Source of the DNA: an uncultured bacterium
GTDB lineage: Bacteria; Chloroflexota; UBA5177; JANWHV01
NCBI GenBank assembly: GCA_963827235.1
Contig: CAWHAE010000016.1
Span: forward strand, 448,001 to 512,000
Length of the DNA stretch: 64,000 nt
Direction: 5' to 3'
This document shows positions 30,503 through 40,461 of the stretch, piece after piece. The first letter of the stretch is position 1. Every line of letters starts with the position of its first letter. The notes below the pieces were generated by a model. That model searched no databases. It saw only the letters and a list, made by a program, of their open reading frames with translations, and was not told where the DNA came from. The translations under genes were made by a program, and so were the position numbers.

Positions 30503-31355
30503 CAGGTTCGAAGCGCAACAGCGGGTACGCCGCGCAGCTATCTTGCTGCACCCGCGTGTGCCGGCTGCACAGGACATGCTGAAGAGCGTCCTCGACGTGC
30601 TCCGGGACTTCGAAGTGGAAACGGTAATCGGCTCCGTCTGGGGATCTTCAGACGTGAAAGCGATGCTAGCCGGCGTCGAGGTGTGTTTCGTGCTGGGCGG
30701 AGATGGAAGCTTGCTCCGCGCGGCGAGACTCGCCGCACCGTCGGGCACGCTTCTCGTGGGGATCAACCTGGGCCGTCTCGGCTTCCTGGCTGAGATAGAG
30801 CCTCGCGAGGTTCTCGAGCGTGTTGCCCTGGTCGCCGGCGGTCAATTCTGGGTCGAGGAGCGTATCATGCTGGCGGCCGAGGCAGTGCGTGACGGCCAGG
30901 AATCCCACACGTACAGCTGCCTGAACGAGGTCGTCGTCACGCGCAGGCACCTATCCCGAGTCGTGAAGATCGAGACGCACATCGACGGCCACTACCTCAC
31001 CACGTATGTTGCCGACGGCGTGCTGGTCGCTACCCCGACCGGATCGTCGGCGTACTCCCTCGCGGCGGGCGGCCCTATCTTGCATCCGGAAGTACGCAAT
31101 ATGGTGCTCACGCCAATCAGCGCGCACCTTTCCCTCCGCAGCCCGCTTGTGCTGCCAGACACAACCGAAGTCCGGTTGATCGTGCACACAGATCACGAGG
31201 CGAGCGCCAGCTTCGACGGCCAAAGCGACATAGAGATGCGCACCAACGACTACATCGCGGTTCGAGTTGGTCCACACGTGGCGCGTTTCGCCCGCACGCA
31301 CGAGCGGGCCTACTTCTATCACACTCTGGTAGAGAAGCTGGGTATCGTCCACTAG
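30477..31355 (+). CDS. nadK: NAD(+) kinase
   Basis: GGDGSLL, GINLGRLGFL, LNE, TPTGSSAYSLAAGG; GAGGA RBS then GTG 30477. Confidence 0.94.
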   Translation: MAQSTPTISRFEAQQRVRRAAILLHPRVPAAQDMLKSVLDVLRDFEVETVIGSVWGSSDVKAMLAGVEVCFVLGGDGSLLRAARLAAPSGTLLVGINLGRLGFLAEIEPREVLERVALVAGGQFWVEERIMLAAEAVRDGQESHTYSCLNEVVVTRRHLSRVVKIETHIDGHYLTTYVADGVLVATPTGSSAYSLAAGGPILHPEVRNMVLTPISAHLSLRSPLVLPDTTEVRLIVHTDHEASASFDGQSDIEMRTNDYIAVRVGPHVARFARTHERAYFYHTLVEKLGIVH

Positions 31356-31436
31356 TCTCGACGCCGTTAGAGCGCCAAACGTGGCAGGCCGTCGGCATGA
31401 TACGGCAGACGACCTCGAGCTGACTGCCTCGAGCAT

Positions 31437-31802
31437 TTACCGCCGCCGACGCCGGGGATCGAGCGCCGCGCGGAGTGCCTGCCGGCTCTCACCCGTGCCG
31501 GGCCAGCGGAGAGAGGGCTCCGGCAGCGATTCGGGGTGTGAGAAGAACCGCCGGATACAGATGGCCAGGTGCTTCAGCAACATGCGGTCCTCGGTTGACA
31601 ACACGCGGCCCAGGCGCTGAAACCACGCGTCACCCACTTCAACGACGAGCACCTCGTCGTTGCCGCGACGCACCACGACGAGGCGGAACTTGCCGTCGAT
31701 CGCTCCCTCTTCGTCTGCGACGCTGAAGCCCCTCCCCAGCAGGCCGCGCAGGTACGTCGCCAGGTCGAGCCGGCTCATGTGGAGCGGCATGCGATCGTGC
31801 AT
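31437..31802 (-). CDS. Hypothetical protein (~121 aa)
   Basis: Protein-like alpha/beta ORF; start uncertain; no motif recognised. Confidence 0.5.
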   Translation of the reverse strand: MHDRMPLHMSRLDLATYLRGLLGRGFSVADEEGAIDGKFRLVVVRRGNDEVLVVEVGDAWFQRLGRVLSTEDRMLLKHLAICIRRFFSHPESLPEPSLRWPGTGESRQALRAALDPRRRRR

Positions 31803-31997
31803 GCCGTGAGCGAAGCATCTCCCATCAACACCGCCTTCAGCGCGCGAAAGTCCGCGTGAGCCCGGCAAGCCAGGTTCATCACAGTGCGACGAGCCCGCAT
31901 CAACTATACACCGGCAGCGGTAGGTCGCGAGACACGGCACGGAGGAGGACTCCGCCTTGCCGCCTGAGCGCAAGCGTGGCGAAACATCCTGCCGCTT

Positions 31998-32050
31998 CTT
32001 AACACACTCTTAACCTAGATTTAACGCGCCCTTAGCGACTGCTTAACGCA
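31998..32050 (+). promoter_or_regulatory. Pho-box-like array of five 11-bp-spaced direct repeats
   Basis: TTAAC at 31999, 32010, 32021 and 32043, TTAGC at 32032; about 100 bp upstream of the SBP gene. Confidence 0.75.
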
Positions 32051-32150
32051 TTGTATCGATGATGAGTAGGACTGCTTAGTCTCGGACGAGCTCGCAAGGT
32101 TGGGCGCGAGCTCGTTCGCCGTGTGACATCTTCGGAGGGTGAAAGGAATC

Positions 32151-33296
32151 ATGGGTGATCGTCTGATCAATCGGCGTGACCTTCTCAAACGGGGTGCGGC
32201 AGGTGGACTGGGCCTGGCCGGCCTCGGTCTTCTCGGCGGCAGCGACTTGTCCGGGGCATTTGCCGCCGTAGCCGACGCATCGTCGGGTATCGATCCCATG
32301 CTGGTCAGCGCGGCGAAGAAAGAAGGTCACGTCAACCTGATCACACTGCCGCGCACGTGGGCTGATTACGGCGAGATCATGGACACCTTCAAGGCGAAGT
32401 ACGGTATCTCCATCACCGACGACATCCCGGAAGGCAGCTCTTCCCAGGAGATCCAGGCCATCCAGAACTTCAAGGGCCAGAGCCGTGGGCCAGACGCCCT
32501 CGACGTCTCCCTCGCCTGGGCAATCAACGGCGCTAACCAGGGCCTGCTGGCGCCCTATAAGGTGGCGACCTGGGACAGCATCCCGGCCAACTTCAAGGAG
32601 CCGACCGGTCTCTACGTCGGCGACTACTACGGCGTCGTGGCCTTCCTCGCAGTCGACAGCATCGTCAAGCAGGCGCCCAAGGATTGGTCGGACCTGACAA
32701 GTCCCACTCTCAAGGGCAAGGTTGCCCTGGGCGATGACCCACGCAAAGCAGGCGAAGCGTTTGCAGCCGTTTTCGCCGCGTCACTTGCCAACGGCGGCTC
32801 GCTCGACAACATCGAGCCGGGCATCAACTTCTTCTCCAAGCTCAAGTCGCTGGGCAATTTCGTCCTTTCGCAGGCTCTCAATGGCAACATCGCCAAGGGT
32901 GTGACGCCCGTGGCGATTCGCTGGGACTACCTGCTGCTTGCCGCGCGCGATGAGTACAAGTCCAACCAGTCGATGACCGTCAACATCCCGACCTCGGGCC
33001 ACTACGCCGGCCCGTACTTCCAGGCGATCAGCAAATACGCCCCGAACCCGAACGCAGCCAAACTTTGGGAAGAGTACCTTTATAGTGATGCGGGCCAGCT
33101 GATGTGGCTGAAGGGCTACACGCATCCCGCTCGCTTTGCCGATCTGGCCAAGCGGAACGTGATCCCGCAGGCGCTGCTGGATAAGCTGCCTCCGGCGGAC
33201 GCGTATAAGAACCTCCATTTCGCCAACGCCAAGCAGATCACGGCGGCGCAAGCCGTTCTCACCGAGCAATGGGGTCCGAAGGTCGCCGGTAGCTGA
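32151..33296 (+). CDS. ABC transporter substrate-binding protein (AfuA/PotD-like), Tat signal
   Basis: NRRDLLK twin-arginine signal; PKDWSDL, APNPNAAKLWEEYL. Confidence 0.9.
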   Translation: MGDRLINRRDLLKRGAAGGLGLAGLGLLGGSDLSGAFAAVADASSGIDPMLVSAAKKEGHVNLITLPRTWADYGEIMDTFKAKYGISITDDIPEGSSSQEIQAIQNFKGQSRGPDALDVSLAWAINGANQGLLAPYKVATWDSIPANFKEPTGLYVGDYYGVVAFLAVDSIVKQAPKDWSDLTSPTLKGKVALGDDPRKAGEAFAAVFAASLANGGSLDNIEPGINFFSKLKSLGNFVLSQALNGNIAKGVTPVAIRWDYLLLAARDEYKSNQSMTVNIPTSGHYAGPYFQAISKYAPNPNAAKLWEEYLYSDAGQLMWLKGYTHPARFADLAKRNVIPQALLDKLPPADAYKNLHFANAKQITAAQAVLTEQWGPKVAGS

Positions 33297-33320
33297 CCCG
33301 CGACGAAGGATAAGGGCAAT

Positions 33321-33353
33321 CCAGTGGAGGGCGGGTGAGCTGCCCTCCACTGG
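33321..33353 (+). other. Intercistronic stem-loop after the SBP gene (mRNA stabiliser or partial terminator)
   Basis: CCAGTGGAGGGC/GCCCTCCACTGG 12-bp stem. Confidence 0.6.
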
Positions 33354-33377
33354 CTGCATTACGCGGTAGGAGGGTGC

Positions 33378-34301
33378 ATGGCTGAGGCAGTCGGCGAGCG
33401 TGCGGCTGCAGGCAGGACTGGGATTCTGCCCGGCCCGGAGGGGAGGTCGGTACCGTGGCGCGCGGTCTGGCGGTCGTGGCTGCCCGTGGTGCCGTTCTTT
33501 CTCTTCGTCGGCATCTTTCTGCTTCTGCCCACCGTTTGGCTGGTGGTCGGAGCCTTTCAGAGCGACTCGGGCAGCTTCACCACCAGCAACGTACGGACGC
33601 TATTCAACAGCGACATAGTCGACGCCTACAAGACTAGCCTCGAAGTGAGCCTCGTAAGCGCCCTGGTCGGCGGCGTATTCGGCTTCTTCGTCGCCTATGC
33701 CATGATCAAGGGCAATCCTCCTCGCTGGCTGCGGCCCCTCCTGTCGACGTTTGCCGGTGTGGCCGCGAACTTCGCCGGCATACCGCTGGCCTTCGCCTTC
33801 GCAGCCACGCTCGGCCTCAACGGCGTGCTCACCGTCTTCCTCAAGAGCCACGGCATCGACCTTTATCAGAGTGGGTTCACGCTCTACTCGTTCTCCGGCC
33901 TCATCGTCGTCTACACCTACTTCCAGATGCCGCTGATGCTGCTGGTAATCACTCCATCCATTGACGGACTCCGCCGGGAGTGGCAGGAAGCAGCGACCAG
34001 CCTTGGCGCGGACAGCAGTCAGTATTGGCGATGGGTTGGCCTGCCGGTCCTCTGGCCGTCCATCCTGGGCGCCATGGTCCTGCTCTTCGGCAGCGCCTTC
34101 GCCGCCTACGCGACGGCCTACGCGCTCGTCGGCTCGGAGTTCAACCTGGTGCCGCTGCTGATCGGCCGCAATGTGGAAAGCGACTTCGTCGGCAACCCGC
34201 ACCAAGCGAACGCCCTCGCCTTCGGCATGATCGTGATTATCAGTATCGTGATGTTTGCCTATACGCTCCTGCAGCGACAGTCGAGCAGGTGGACACGATG
34301 A
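33378..34301 (+). CDS. ABC transporter permease
   Basis: TM helices; EAA motif WQEAATSLGA. Confidence 0.92.
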   Translation: MAEAVGERAAAGRTGILPGPEGRSVPWRAVWRSWLPVVPFFLFVGIFLLLPTVWLVVGAFQSDSGSFTTSNVRTLFNSDIVDAYKTSLEVSLVSALVGGVFGFFVAYAMIKGNPPRWLRPLLSTFAGVAANFAGIPLAFAFAATLGLNGVLTVFLKSHGIDLYQSGFTLYSFSGLIVVYTYFQMPLMLLVITPSIDGLRREWQEAATSLGADSSQYWRWVGLPVLWPSILGAMVLLFGSAFAAYATAYALVGSEFNLVPLLIGRNVESDFVGNPHQANALAFGMIVIISIVMFAYTLLQRQSSRWTR

Positions 34302-35162
34302 AGCGAGGCTTGCGTCTTAACCCCTGGAACTTCTTGTGGTTGGTGCTTGCCGGACTGTATTTCGTCGTGCCGCTGTATGGCACCGCCGAGTTCAGCCTGG
34401 AGACGACGCCGGGCCATCATGGCTTCGACGCCTACCAGGCGGTGCTGCAGCAATCCGAGTTCTGGAACATGTTCTCGCTATCGCTGGAGATCGCCGTCGG
34501 CACCGTGATCATCAGCCTTGTATTAATGCTGCCCACGGTCTACTGGGTTCATCTCAAGCTCCCGCGACTGCGGCCTTTGCTCGATTTCATAGCCGTGTCT
34601 GCCGTTCGTCGTACCGCCCGTGACCCTCGCCGTCGGCATACTTCGACTCTTCGGCGCGGCAAGCCAACAGTCCTCGGGAGCTGGCAACCTGTTTATCGGC
34701 AGGCCGTCCTCCTGGCTTCTCTCCGGGAGCTTCTTCAGCTTTCCGCCCGGCATTCAGCTCCTGGCACTGGCATACGTGATACTGGCGCTGCCGTTCACCT
34801 ACCGTTCCCTCGAGGCCGGCATGCGGGCCATCGACCTTCGTGTTCTCACCGAAGCGGCCCAGAGCTTGGGAGCGGGATGGCTGAGGGTGCTGCTCTGGAT
34901 TATCTTGCCCAACATGCGTTCGGCCATGTTGTCGGCGGCGTTCCTCACGCTGACCCTGGTGATGGGCGAGTACACCATGGCCAGCCTCATGCTGCTAAAT
35001 ACGTTCCCCATCTACATGTTCCAGATCGGAAACGAGCAGGCATACCAGGCGGCTGCCCTGGCCATGATCAGCCTCATTCTGACCTGGGTAGCGCTCCTCG
35101 GCGTGCTGGTGCTCGGCAGGAGCGGAAACCATCGTGAAGTCCAGATTGGAGGCGCCCGCTAG
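34298..35162 (+). CDS. ABC transporter permease (apparent +1 frameshift at ~34598)
   Basis: MKRGLRLNPW...DFIAV|LPFVVPPVTLAVG; EAAQSLGA. Confidence 0.88.
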
Positions 35163-35164
35163 CT

Positions 35165-36325
35165 ATGGCTGTGCTCGAGCTACAGGGGTTGCAGAAGCGC
35201 TTCGGCGACGTCATTGCCCTTCACAACATGGATCTGTCGATCGGATCCGGTGAGTTCGTTGCTTTTCTCGGCCCCAGCGGCTGCGGAAAGACCACGGCGC
35301 TGCGCATCGTGGCAGGATTCGAGCAGCCGGACTCCGGTCGCGTGATCGTCGAGGGCAAAGACGTGACCAACGTTCCGGCCAGCCGCCGCGACATGGGCAT
35401 GGTGTTCCAAGCATATAGTCTGTTTCCCAATCTCTCAGCGCTGGACAACGTCGCGTTCGGACTGCGTGTGCGTGGCCTAGGCCGGAGTCAGCGCACGCAG
35501 CGGGCCGCGGATCTGCTCGAGCTCGTCGGCCTGGCCAGCGCGGCCAGGCGTTTTCCGCACCAGCTTTCCGGCGGCCAGCAGCAGCGAGTGGCGCTTGCGC
35601 GCGCGCTCGCCATCGAGCCTCGGGTGCTGCTGCTCGACGAACCGCTGTCAGCGCTAGACGCCAAAGTTCGCGTGCAGTTGCGCGAGGAGATCCGGCGCAT
35701 CCAGACGAAGCTCGGGATAACGGCACTCTTCGTCACACACGACCAGGAAGAAGCGCTATCTATCTCCGACAGAGTGGTCATTCTCTCTCAAGGAGAGATC
35801 GAGCAGGTCGGCACTCCGGCCGAGATCTACAGCGACCCGAAGACGGTGTTCGTCGCCGAATTCGTCGGCACGATGAATCGTATCAGCGGGGCCGTCGCCG
35901 CCAACCCGAATGGTTTCGTGGAGAGCGCCGCCGGTCTGCTCCGCGCCGAGGCCGCCAGAGGCAGATCCGCCGCCGAGCGGGTCGTTCTCCTCGTCCGGCC
36001 GGAAACAATCGAGATAGCCCCCCTCGGTGCAAGCGTAGCGCCGGCAGGCGGACTGGTCGGGCGTGTGGCCTCGCATACGTTCCTCGGCGCCGTCACACGG
36101 TTGGTTGTCACCAGTGCCGTGGGCGACGTGAAGGTCGACGTGGGCAGCGCACAGGCGTTGTCGCTTGCCGCGGACACGGAGGTGACCCTTACGTGGGATC
36201 CTGCGGTGCCTCGCCTGATCAGCCTCGAGGGGACAATCGGAGGCATCACCCATTCCCATCTCGCCGGGTTGGGCGAAATGAGGACCGACGCGGAAGACAC
36301 GACAGGTACGCTCAGAGCTGGATAG
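35165..36325 (+). CDS. ABC transporter ATP-binding protein (PotA-like, TOBE domain)
   Basis: GPSGCGKT, LSGGQQQR, LLLDEP. Confidence 0.95.
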   Translation: MAVLELQGLQKRFGDVIALHNMDLSIGSGEFVAFLGPSGCGKTTALRIVAGFEQPDSGRVIVEGKDVTNVPASRRDMGMVFQAYSLFPNLSALDNVAFGLRVRGLGRSQRTQRAADLLELVGLASAARRFPHQLSGGQQQRVALARALAIEPRVLLLDEPLSALDAKVRVQLREEIRRIQTKLGITALFVTHDQEEALSISDRVVILSQGEIEQVGTPAEIYSDPKTVFVAEFVGTMNRISGAVAANPNGFVESAAGLLRAEAARGRSAAERVVLLVRPETIEIAPLGASVAPAGGLVGRVASHTFLGAVTRLVVTSAVGDVKVDVGSAQALSLAADTEVTLTWDPAVPRLISLEGTIGGITHSHLAGLGEMRTDAEDTTGTLRAG

Positions 36326-36447
36326 GCCGATTGCCTGCCGAGCTTCGCCGTGCGTCCCGGCTGAATGTACCGGCGAGCAGCCCGCAGATCAGGCCGTACG
36401 CACAGGACGTACACGAAAGCACCTTGGCAGCACCGGCTTTCAGGCGT

Positions 36448-37077
36448 ATGCTGATCGCTGTGCAAGCAAACGATCGTTTTCCAGCCACTGCAAGACTCGG
36501 AAGGCCGCTGCCGGGAGAACGACGGGCCGAGATCGTGCAGGCGGCGACGACGCTCTTCTGGCAAAAGGGCTACCACGGCGCCTCGATGCAAGACATCGGC
36601 GAGCATGTCGGCATGCTCAAAGGCAGCCTATACGCGCACGTCGCCAATAAGGAGGAGATACTGCTCGAGATAGTCAGCACGACCTTCCGCCGCCTGATGG
36701 ATGCCGTGTTACCGCTGCTCGATGAGCCTCTGTCGTGCGCAGAACGTCTGCAGCAGGCCGTGCGTGCACATGCGTCTATCGTGCTCGGCGATCCGGCGGC
36801 GGCCGCGATGTTCTTCTACGAAAGCCGGCACCTTGCCGGAGTACCAGGTTCTTGGGTCGAGGATTCGCAACGTCGCTATATGTCACTCTGGCAGAAGCTA
36901 TTGCAGGCCGGCGTGGACTCGAGCGAGTTTCGGCCGGATCTCGATATTGCCGCCGCGGCTGCGCTCGCCATGTCGATCGGTGCCTGGAGCCAACGAAAGC
37001 AGGCTGGTACTGAGATAGATGTAGCGGAGGCGGCGGACCGTTTCAGCGCCCTCCTGCTGCGAGCGTGCACCGGCTAG
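36448..37077 (+). CDS. TetR/AcrR family regulator (KstR2-like C-terminus); start 36448 or 36460
   Basis: EIVQAATTLFWQKGYHGASMQDIGEHVGMLKGSLYAHVANKEEIL. Confidence 0.9.
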   Translation: MLIAVQANDRFPATARLGRPLPGERRAEIVQAATTLFWQKGYHGASMQDIGEHVGMLKGSLYAHVANKEEILLEIVSTTFRRLMDAVLPLLDEPLSCAERLQQAVRAHASIVLGDPAAAAMFFYESRHLAGVPGSWVEDSQRRYMSLWQKLLQAGVDSSEFRPDLDIAAAAALAMSIGAWSQRKQAGTEIDVAEAADRFSALLLRACTG

Positions 37078-37363
37078 GTCATCCACCCGGCCTGCTCACG
37101 CTGGTACCCGCTGCCGAGCGGCAAGACCAGGCCCTCGCGCGGAAGCCGGGTAGAGCCGACAAGTCGCCTATCTGTGTGCGGTGCGCCTAGAGAATGGGGC
37201 CGCGGGAGCAGCGCGAAGCCGGCACAGCGCCATTCCGGCGAAGGAGATGCCGAACACAACCGCCCACGGGTCGCAGCCGGCGAACAACCCATCCGCATCT
37301 GGAGTCCATCGAGTTGAGGGCCACCGTTGCTGCTACGACTCGGCGACATCAACTGGACCCACT

Positions 37364-37813
37364 CTACGTCACCAGTCGCGGAGCTCTGGCGACGAGAACC
37401 GGGCAGCGTGCACATGCGATCAGCCGATCCCATCTCGAGCGCTTGAAGCCCAGCCGACGCTCACCGGTGGCCTGGCCATGGCCAAGCACGAGCAGATCCG
37501 GCCTGGTGGCGTCCAACGCTGCGACGATACTGGCAACGGCATCGCCCATGTCGAGCTGTGTCAGGATGCAGGGGCCGACGCCTGCTTGCCGGAGCACATC
37601 CGCCGACTGATTGAGCAACTGTGCTCCGGCGAGCCGCCTGCGCTCTCGGACGGCGGTGTCCCGCGCCACCGTGCCGGTCGTCGGCGCCAGGCGCGATCCG
37701 GGCATGACGTAGAGCACGGTGATCGTCACAGGTCTACCTGCCAACAGCTCCTGAGCGATACGGATTGCACCGGTACCCGCTGGAGACCCGTCCACGACCA
37801 GCAGGACTCTCAT
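37364..37813 (-). CDS. Universal stress protein
   Basis: VLLVVDGS, DLLVLG, ARCPVLV. Confidence 0.85.
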   Translation of the reverse strand: MRVLLVVDGSPAGTGAIRIAQELLAGRPVTITVLYVMPGSRLAPTTGTVARDTAVRERRRLAGAQLLNQSADVLRQAGVGPCILTQLDMGDAVASIVAALDATRPDLLVLGHGQATGERRLGFKRSRWDRLIACARCPVLVARAPRLVT

Positions 37814-37820
37814 TCCGTCA

Positions 37821-38171
37821 CTATCCGTCGAGTCTGTGCGCTTCTTCCCGGGCCAGACTTAGCATGGCATCGAGCTCGCCATCGTCCGGCCTGCCGTCGC
37901 CCGCTCGCAGCACTGCGAGGGGCTCCTCGTGCCCGCCGCCGTCTACCGCTCTCCGCTGTGTCAGCGACACGAACTGGCCACGCTCGACGCCCTCGGTGCA
38001 CCACGCGAGCAGGCCGGGCGGCACGGCAACAGTCCCAGCTTCTTCGCCCCGGTCCCCATGGTACACCACTATATCTCCCGCGCGAGCGCTGTCGGGCACG
38101 CCCTCTACGAGCACCATGGAGCCGTCCGCTCGGCGCACGGCCGCGATTCTCGTCCGGCTATCCTCAAACAT
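37821..38171 (-). CDS. Hypothetical protein, weak resemblance to the PSP1/RicT N-terminus
   Basis: AGDIVVYHGDRGEEAGTV; overlaps the holB stop at the position where PSP1 usually lies. Confidence 0.55.
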   Translation of the reverse strand: MFEDSRTRIAAVRRADGSMVLVEGVPDSARAGDIVVYHGDRGEEAGTVAVPPGLLAWCTEGVERGQFVSLTQRRAVDGGGHEEPLAVLRAGDGRPDDGELDAMLSLAREEAHRLDG

Positions 38172-39183
38172 GGCTACCTGCCCTGACGCGCGGCATCTGA
38201 CCGAACAGGTTGTCCAAAGCCAGTCGCGGGACGACATTGCTTTCGACCTGGTAGGTTGCATCCTGGATGCGGGTCAGAAACGCGACGATATCGGGTACGG
38301 CGACACCGCGCGCCGAAGCGTCGCCGAGTCTGTGACGCGCCAGCTCCGGCGTCTGAGCACTCAATGAGAGCAGAAGCGCGTCCCGCCACCAAGACTCCAC
38401 GCGTGCGAGCAACTCCAACGCGCGCTGCCTCAGCTCGACAAACGCACCTTTGCCCAACCATTCTTCGACCTTCGCCAGACGCGTGAATGGTCCCAGCGAG
38501 GCCAATCCGGAGACGAACGTGAGGGCACTTCGCTCTTGCTCGACCCTTGCCTGGTCACCCAGGGCGGTAACGGCCCAGCCGGGGCGGCCGCGAGCGAGCG
38601 TGGCAAGCTCTTCGGCCTGGTCGCGGCCTAACCCGTGATCCGCAACCAGGGAATCGGCGATCGCCGCCGCCGGAACTGGCTGCAGCGTGATCGTCTGGCA
38701 CCGCGAGCGAACTGTAGCGGGCAGTGCCATCGGATCCTCAGCCGTAAGCACGAGAGTTGCGGTCTGCGGCGGCTCCTCGAGCGTCTTGAGCAAGGCGCTC
38801 GACGCCGACTCGTTCATGTGATCGGCCCCACAAATGCAGCTCAGCTTGTGCGTGGCTTCATACGGTTGCAGCGAAAGGTTTTGCTCGAGCAACCGGATCT
38901 GATCCACTGTGATATCTCGCCGATCTGCATCACGACTGATCAGCGTCACATCCGGATGCAGGCCACGCGAAAGACGGCGGCAACCGCGACAGTTGCCGCA
39001 CGGGCGTCTTCCCTCGCCGGTGCACACCAAAAGACTTCCCAGGTGAAGCGCTAGAGACGTCTTGCCGACCGATTCCGGCCCGACAAAGAGATAGGCGTGC
39101 CCGAGCTGGCTCCGCTCGGAGGCGAGGCTGAGAAGGCTGGCAGCCCAGGAATTTCCAATCACTCTTTGAGCATGCCGCGCCAC
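38164..39183 (-). CDS. holB: DNA polymerase III delta-prime subunit
   Basis: HAYLFVGPESVGKT, PCGNCRGC, HPDV, ALLKTLEEPP, TVRSRC. Confidence 0.94.
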   Translation of the reverse strand: MARHAQRVIGNSWAASLLSLASERSQLGHAYLFVGPESVGKTSLALHLGSLLVCTGEGRRPCGNCRGCRRLSRGLHPDVTLISRDADRRDITVDQIRLLEQNLSLQPYEATHKLSCICGADHMNESASSALLKTLEEPPQTATLVLTAEDPMALPATVRSRCQTITLQPVPAAAIADSLVADHGLGRDQAEELATLARGRPGWAVTALGDQARVEQERSALTFVSGLASLGPFTRLAKVEEWLGKGAFVELRQRALELLARVESWWRDALLLSLSAQTPELARHRLGDASARGVAVPDIVAFLTRIQDATYQVESNVVPRLALDNLFGQMPRVRAGSHV

Positions 39184-39324
39184 GTGCCAGGCAGGCAAGT
39201 CCGCAGAGTCTGCGATCCGATATCATCTCAGACGATTGCTCGCCGCCGCCAGCCGGTCCTCCGCTGTGGTCGGAGCGAAACGGGCATGGGCGCCGGGCTG
39301 GGCGAGCGACTATGGGGGAGCCGC

Positions 39325-40434
39325 ATGCGGGTAGCACTCGTTCACGACTACCTGAACCAGGAGGGCGGAGCCGAACGGGTTGTCGAGGTGTTGTGTTCGA
39401 TGTTCCCGCGCGCTCCGTTGTACACGTCGGTCTTTGACGCCAGGGCTATGTCCGAGGTCTGGCAGACCGTGGACGTCCGCACCAGCTTCATGCAGAAGCT
39501 CTCGCCGCGCCTCAAGATTGCCAAGGCCCTGCTTCCGCTGTACCCACCCGCGTTTGAGTCGTTCGACCTGACGGGCTATGACCTCGTACTCAGCAGTTGC
39601 AGCACGTTCTCCAAGGGAGTTCTCACCGCGCCCGGAACCACCCACGTCTGCTACTGTCACAATACGACGCGGCCCCTGTGGATGTACCACGAATACGTCG
39701 CGCACGAGAACCTGGGGCGAGGGCAGCGCGCTCTGCTGCAGCCTGTGATGAGCGCTCTGCGGTTGTGGGACTATGCCGCGGCGCAGCGGGTAGACCATTT
39801 CATCGCCAACTCGAGCACGACCGTGGCGAGAATACGCAAGTTCTATCGTCGCGACGCCGAGGTCATCCAGCCGCCGATCCGCGTGGCCGAGTTCGTCGGC
39901 GGGCAGGACGACGATGTCCAGCCCTACTACCTGGTCATGGCACGGCTGCAATCGTACAAGCGGTTGGACCTGGCCATTGAAGCCTGTAACCGGCTTCAAG
40001 TACCGCTACGTATCGCCGGCGTTGGTCCAGACGAGGCCAGGCTGCGGCGGCTTGCCGGGCAGAGCGTGCAGTTCCTCGGGCGGGTGAGCAACCCGGAGCG
40101 AATCAACCTCTATCGCCACTGCCGAGCATTGATTATCCCGGGCGTGGAGGATTTTGGACTCAACGCCCTGGAAGCGCAGGCAGCGGGCCGTCCGGTGATA
40201 GCCTTCGCCGATGGCGGCTCTCTGGAGACGGTGCTGCCGGGCCTGACCGGCATACTCTACACGGAGCAGTCGGCCGACGCCCTTGCCGAAGTGCTTCGCG
40301 GCTTCGATTATAGCTGCTACGATCCCGACGCCTGCCGGGCCCAGGCCGCCCGCTTCGACGAGTCCGTGTTCAAGGAGCGAATGACTGCTTTCCTCGCTTC
40401 GGTAGGAGTGCCGCCGCGCGCGAACGAAGAGTAA
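39325..40434 (+). CDS. GT4 glycosyltransferase (WbaZ-like)
   Basis: MRVALVHDYLNQEGGAERV, EDFGLNALEAQAAGRPVIA. Confidence 0.92.
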   Translation: MRVALVHDYLNQEGGAERVVEVLCSMFPRAPLYTSVFDARAMSEVWQTVDVRTSFMQKLSPRLKIAKALLPLYPPAFESFDLTGYDLVLSSCSTFSKGVLTAPGTTHVCYCHNTTRPLWMYHEYVAHENLGRGQRALLQPVMSALRLWDYAAAQRVDHFIANSSTTVARIRKFYRRDAEVIQPPIRVAEFVGGQDDDVQPYYLVMARLQSYKRLDLAIEACNRLQVPLRIAGVGPDEARLRRLAGQSVQFLGRVSNPERINLYRHCRALIIPGVEDFGLNALEAQAAGRPVIAFADGGSLETVLPGLTGILYTEQSADALAEVLRGFDYSCYDPDACRAQAARFDESVFKERMTAFLASVGVPPRANEE

Positions 40435-40461
40435 GCGCTCGCCGCGCAGGCGCGGCGTGTC

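Noticed and set aside
4570-34600. Pseudogenes or programmed frameshifting in nuoD, lysC, recJ, ppdK and the permease
   Set aside because: Isolated one-base shifts with no other decay and no slippery sites; most consistent with sequencing error.
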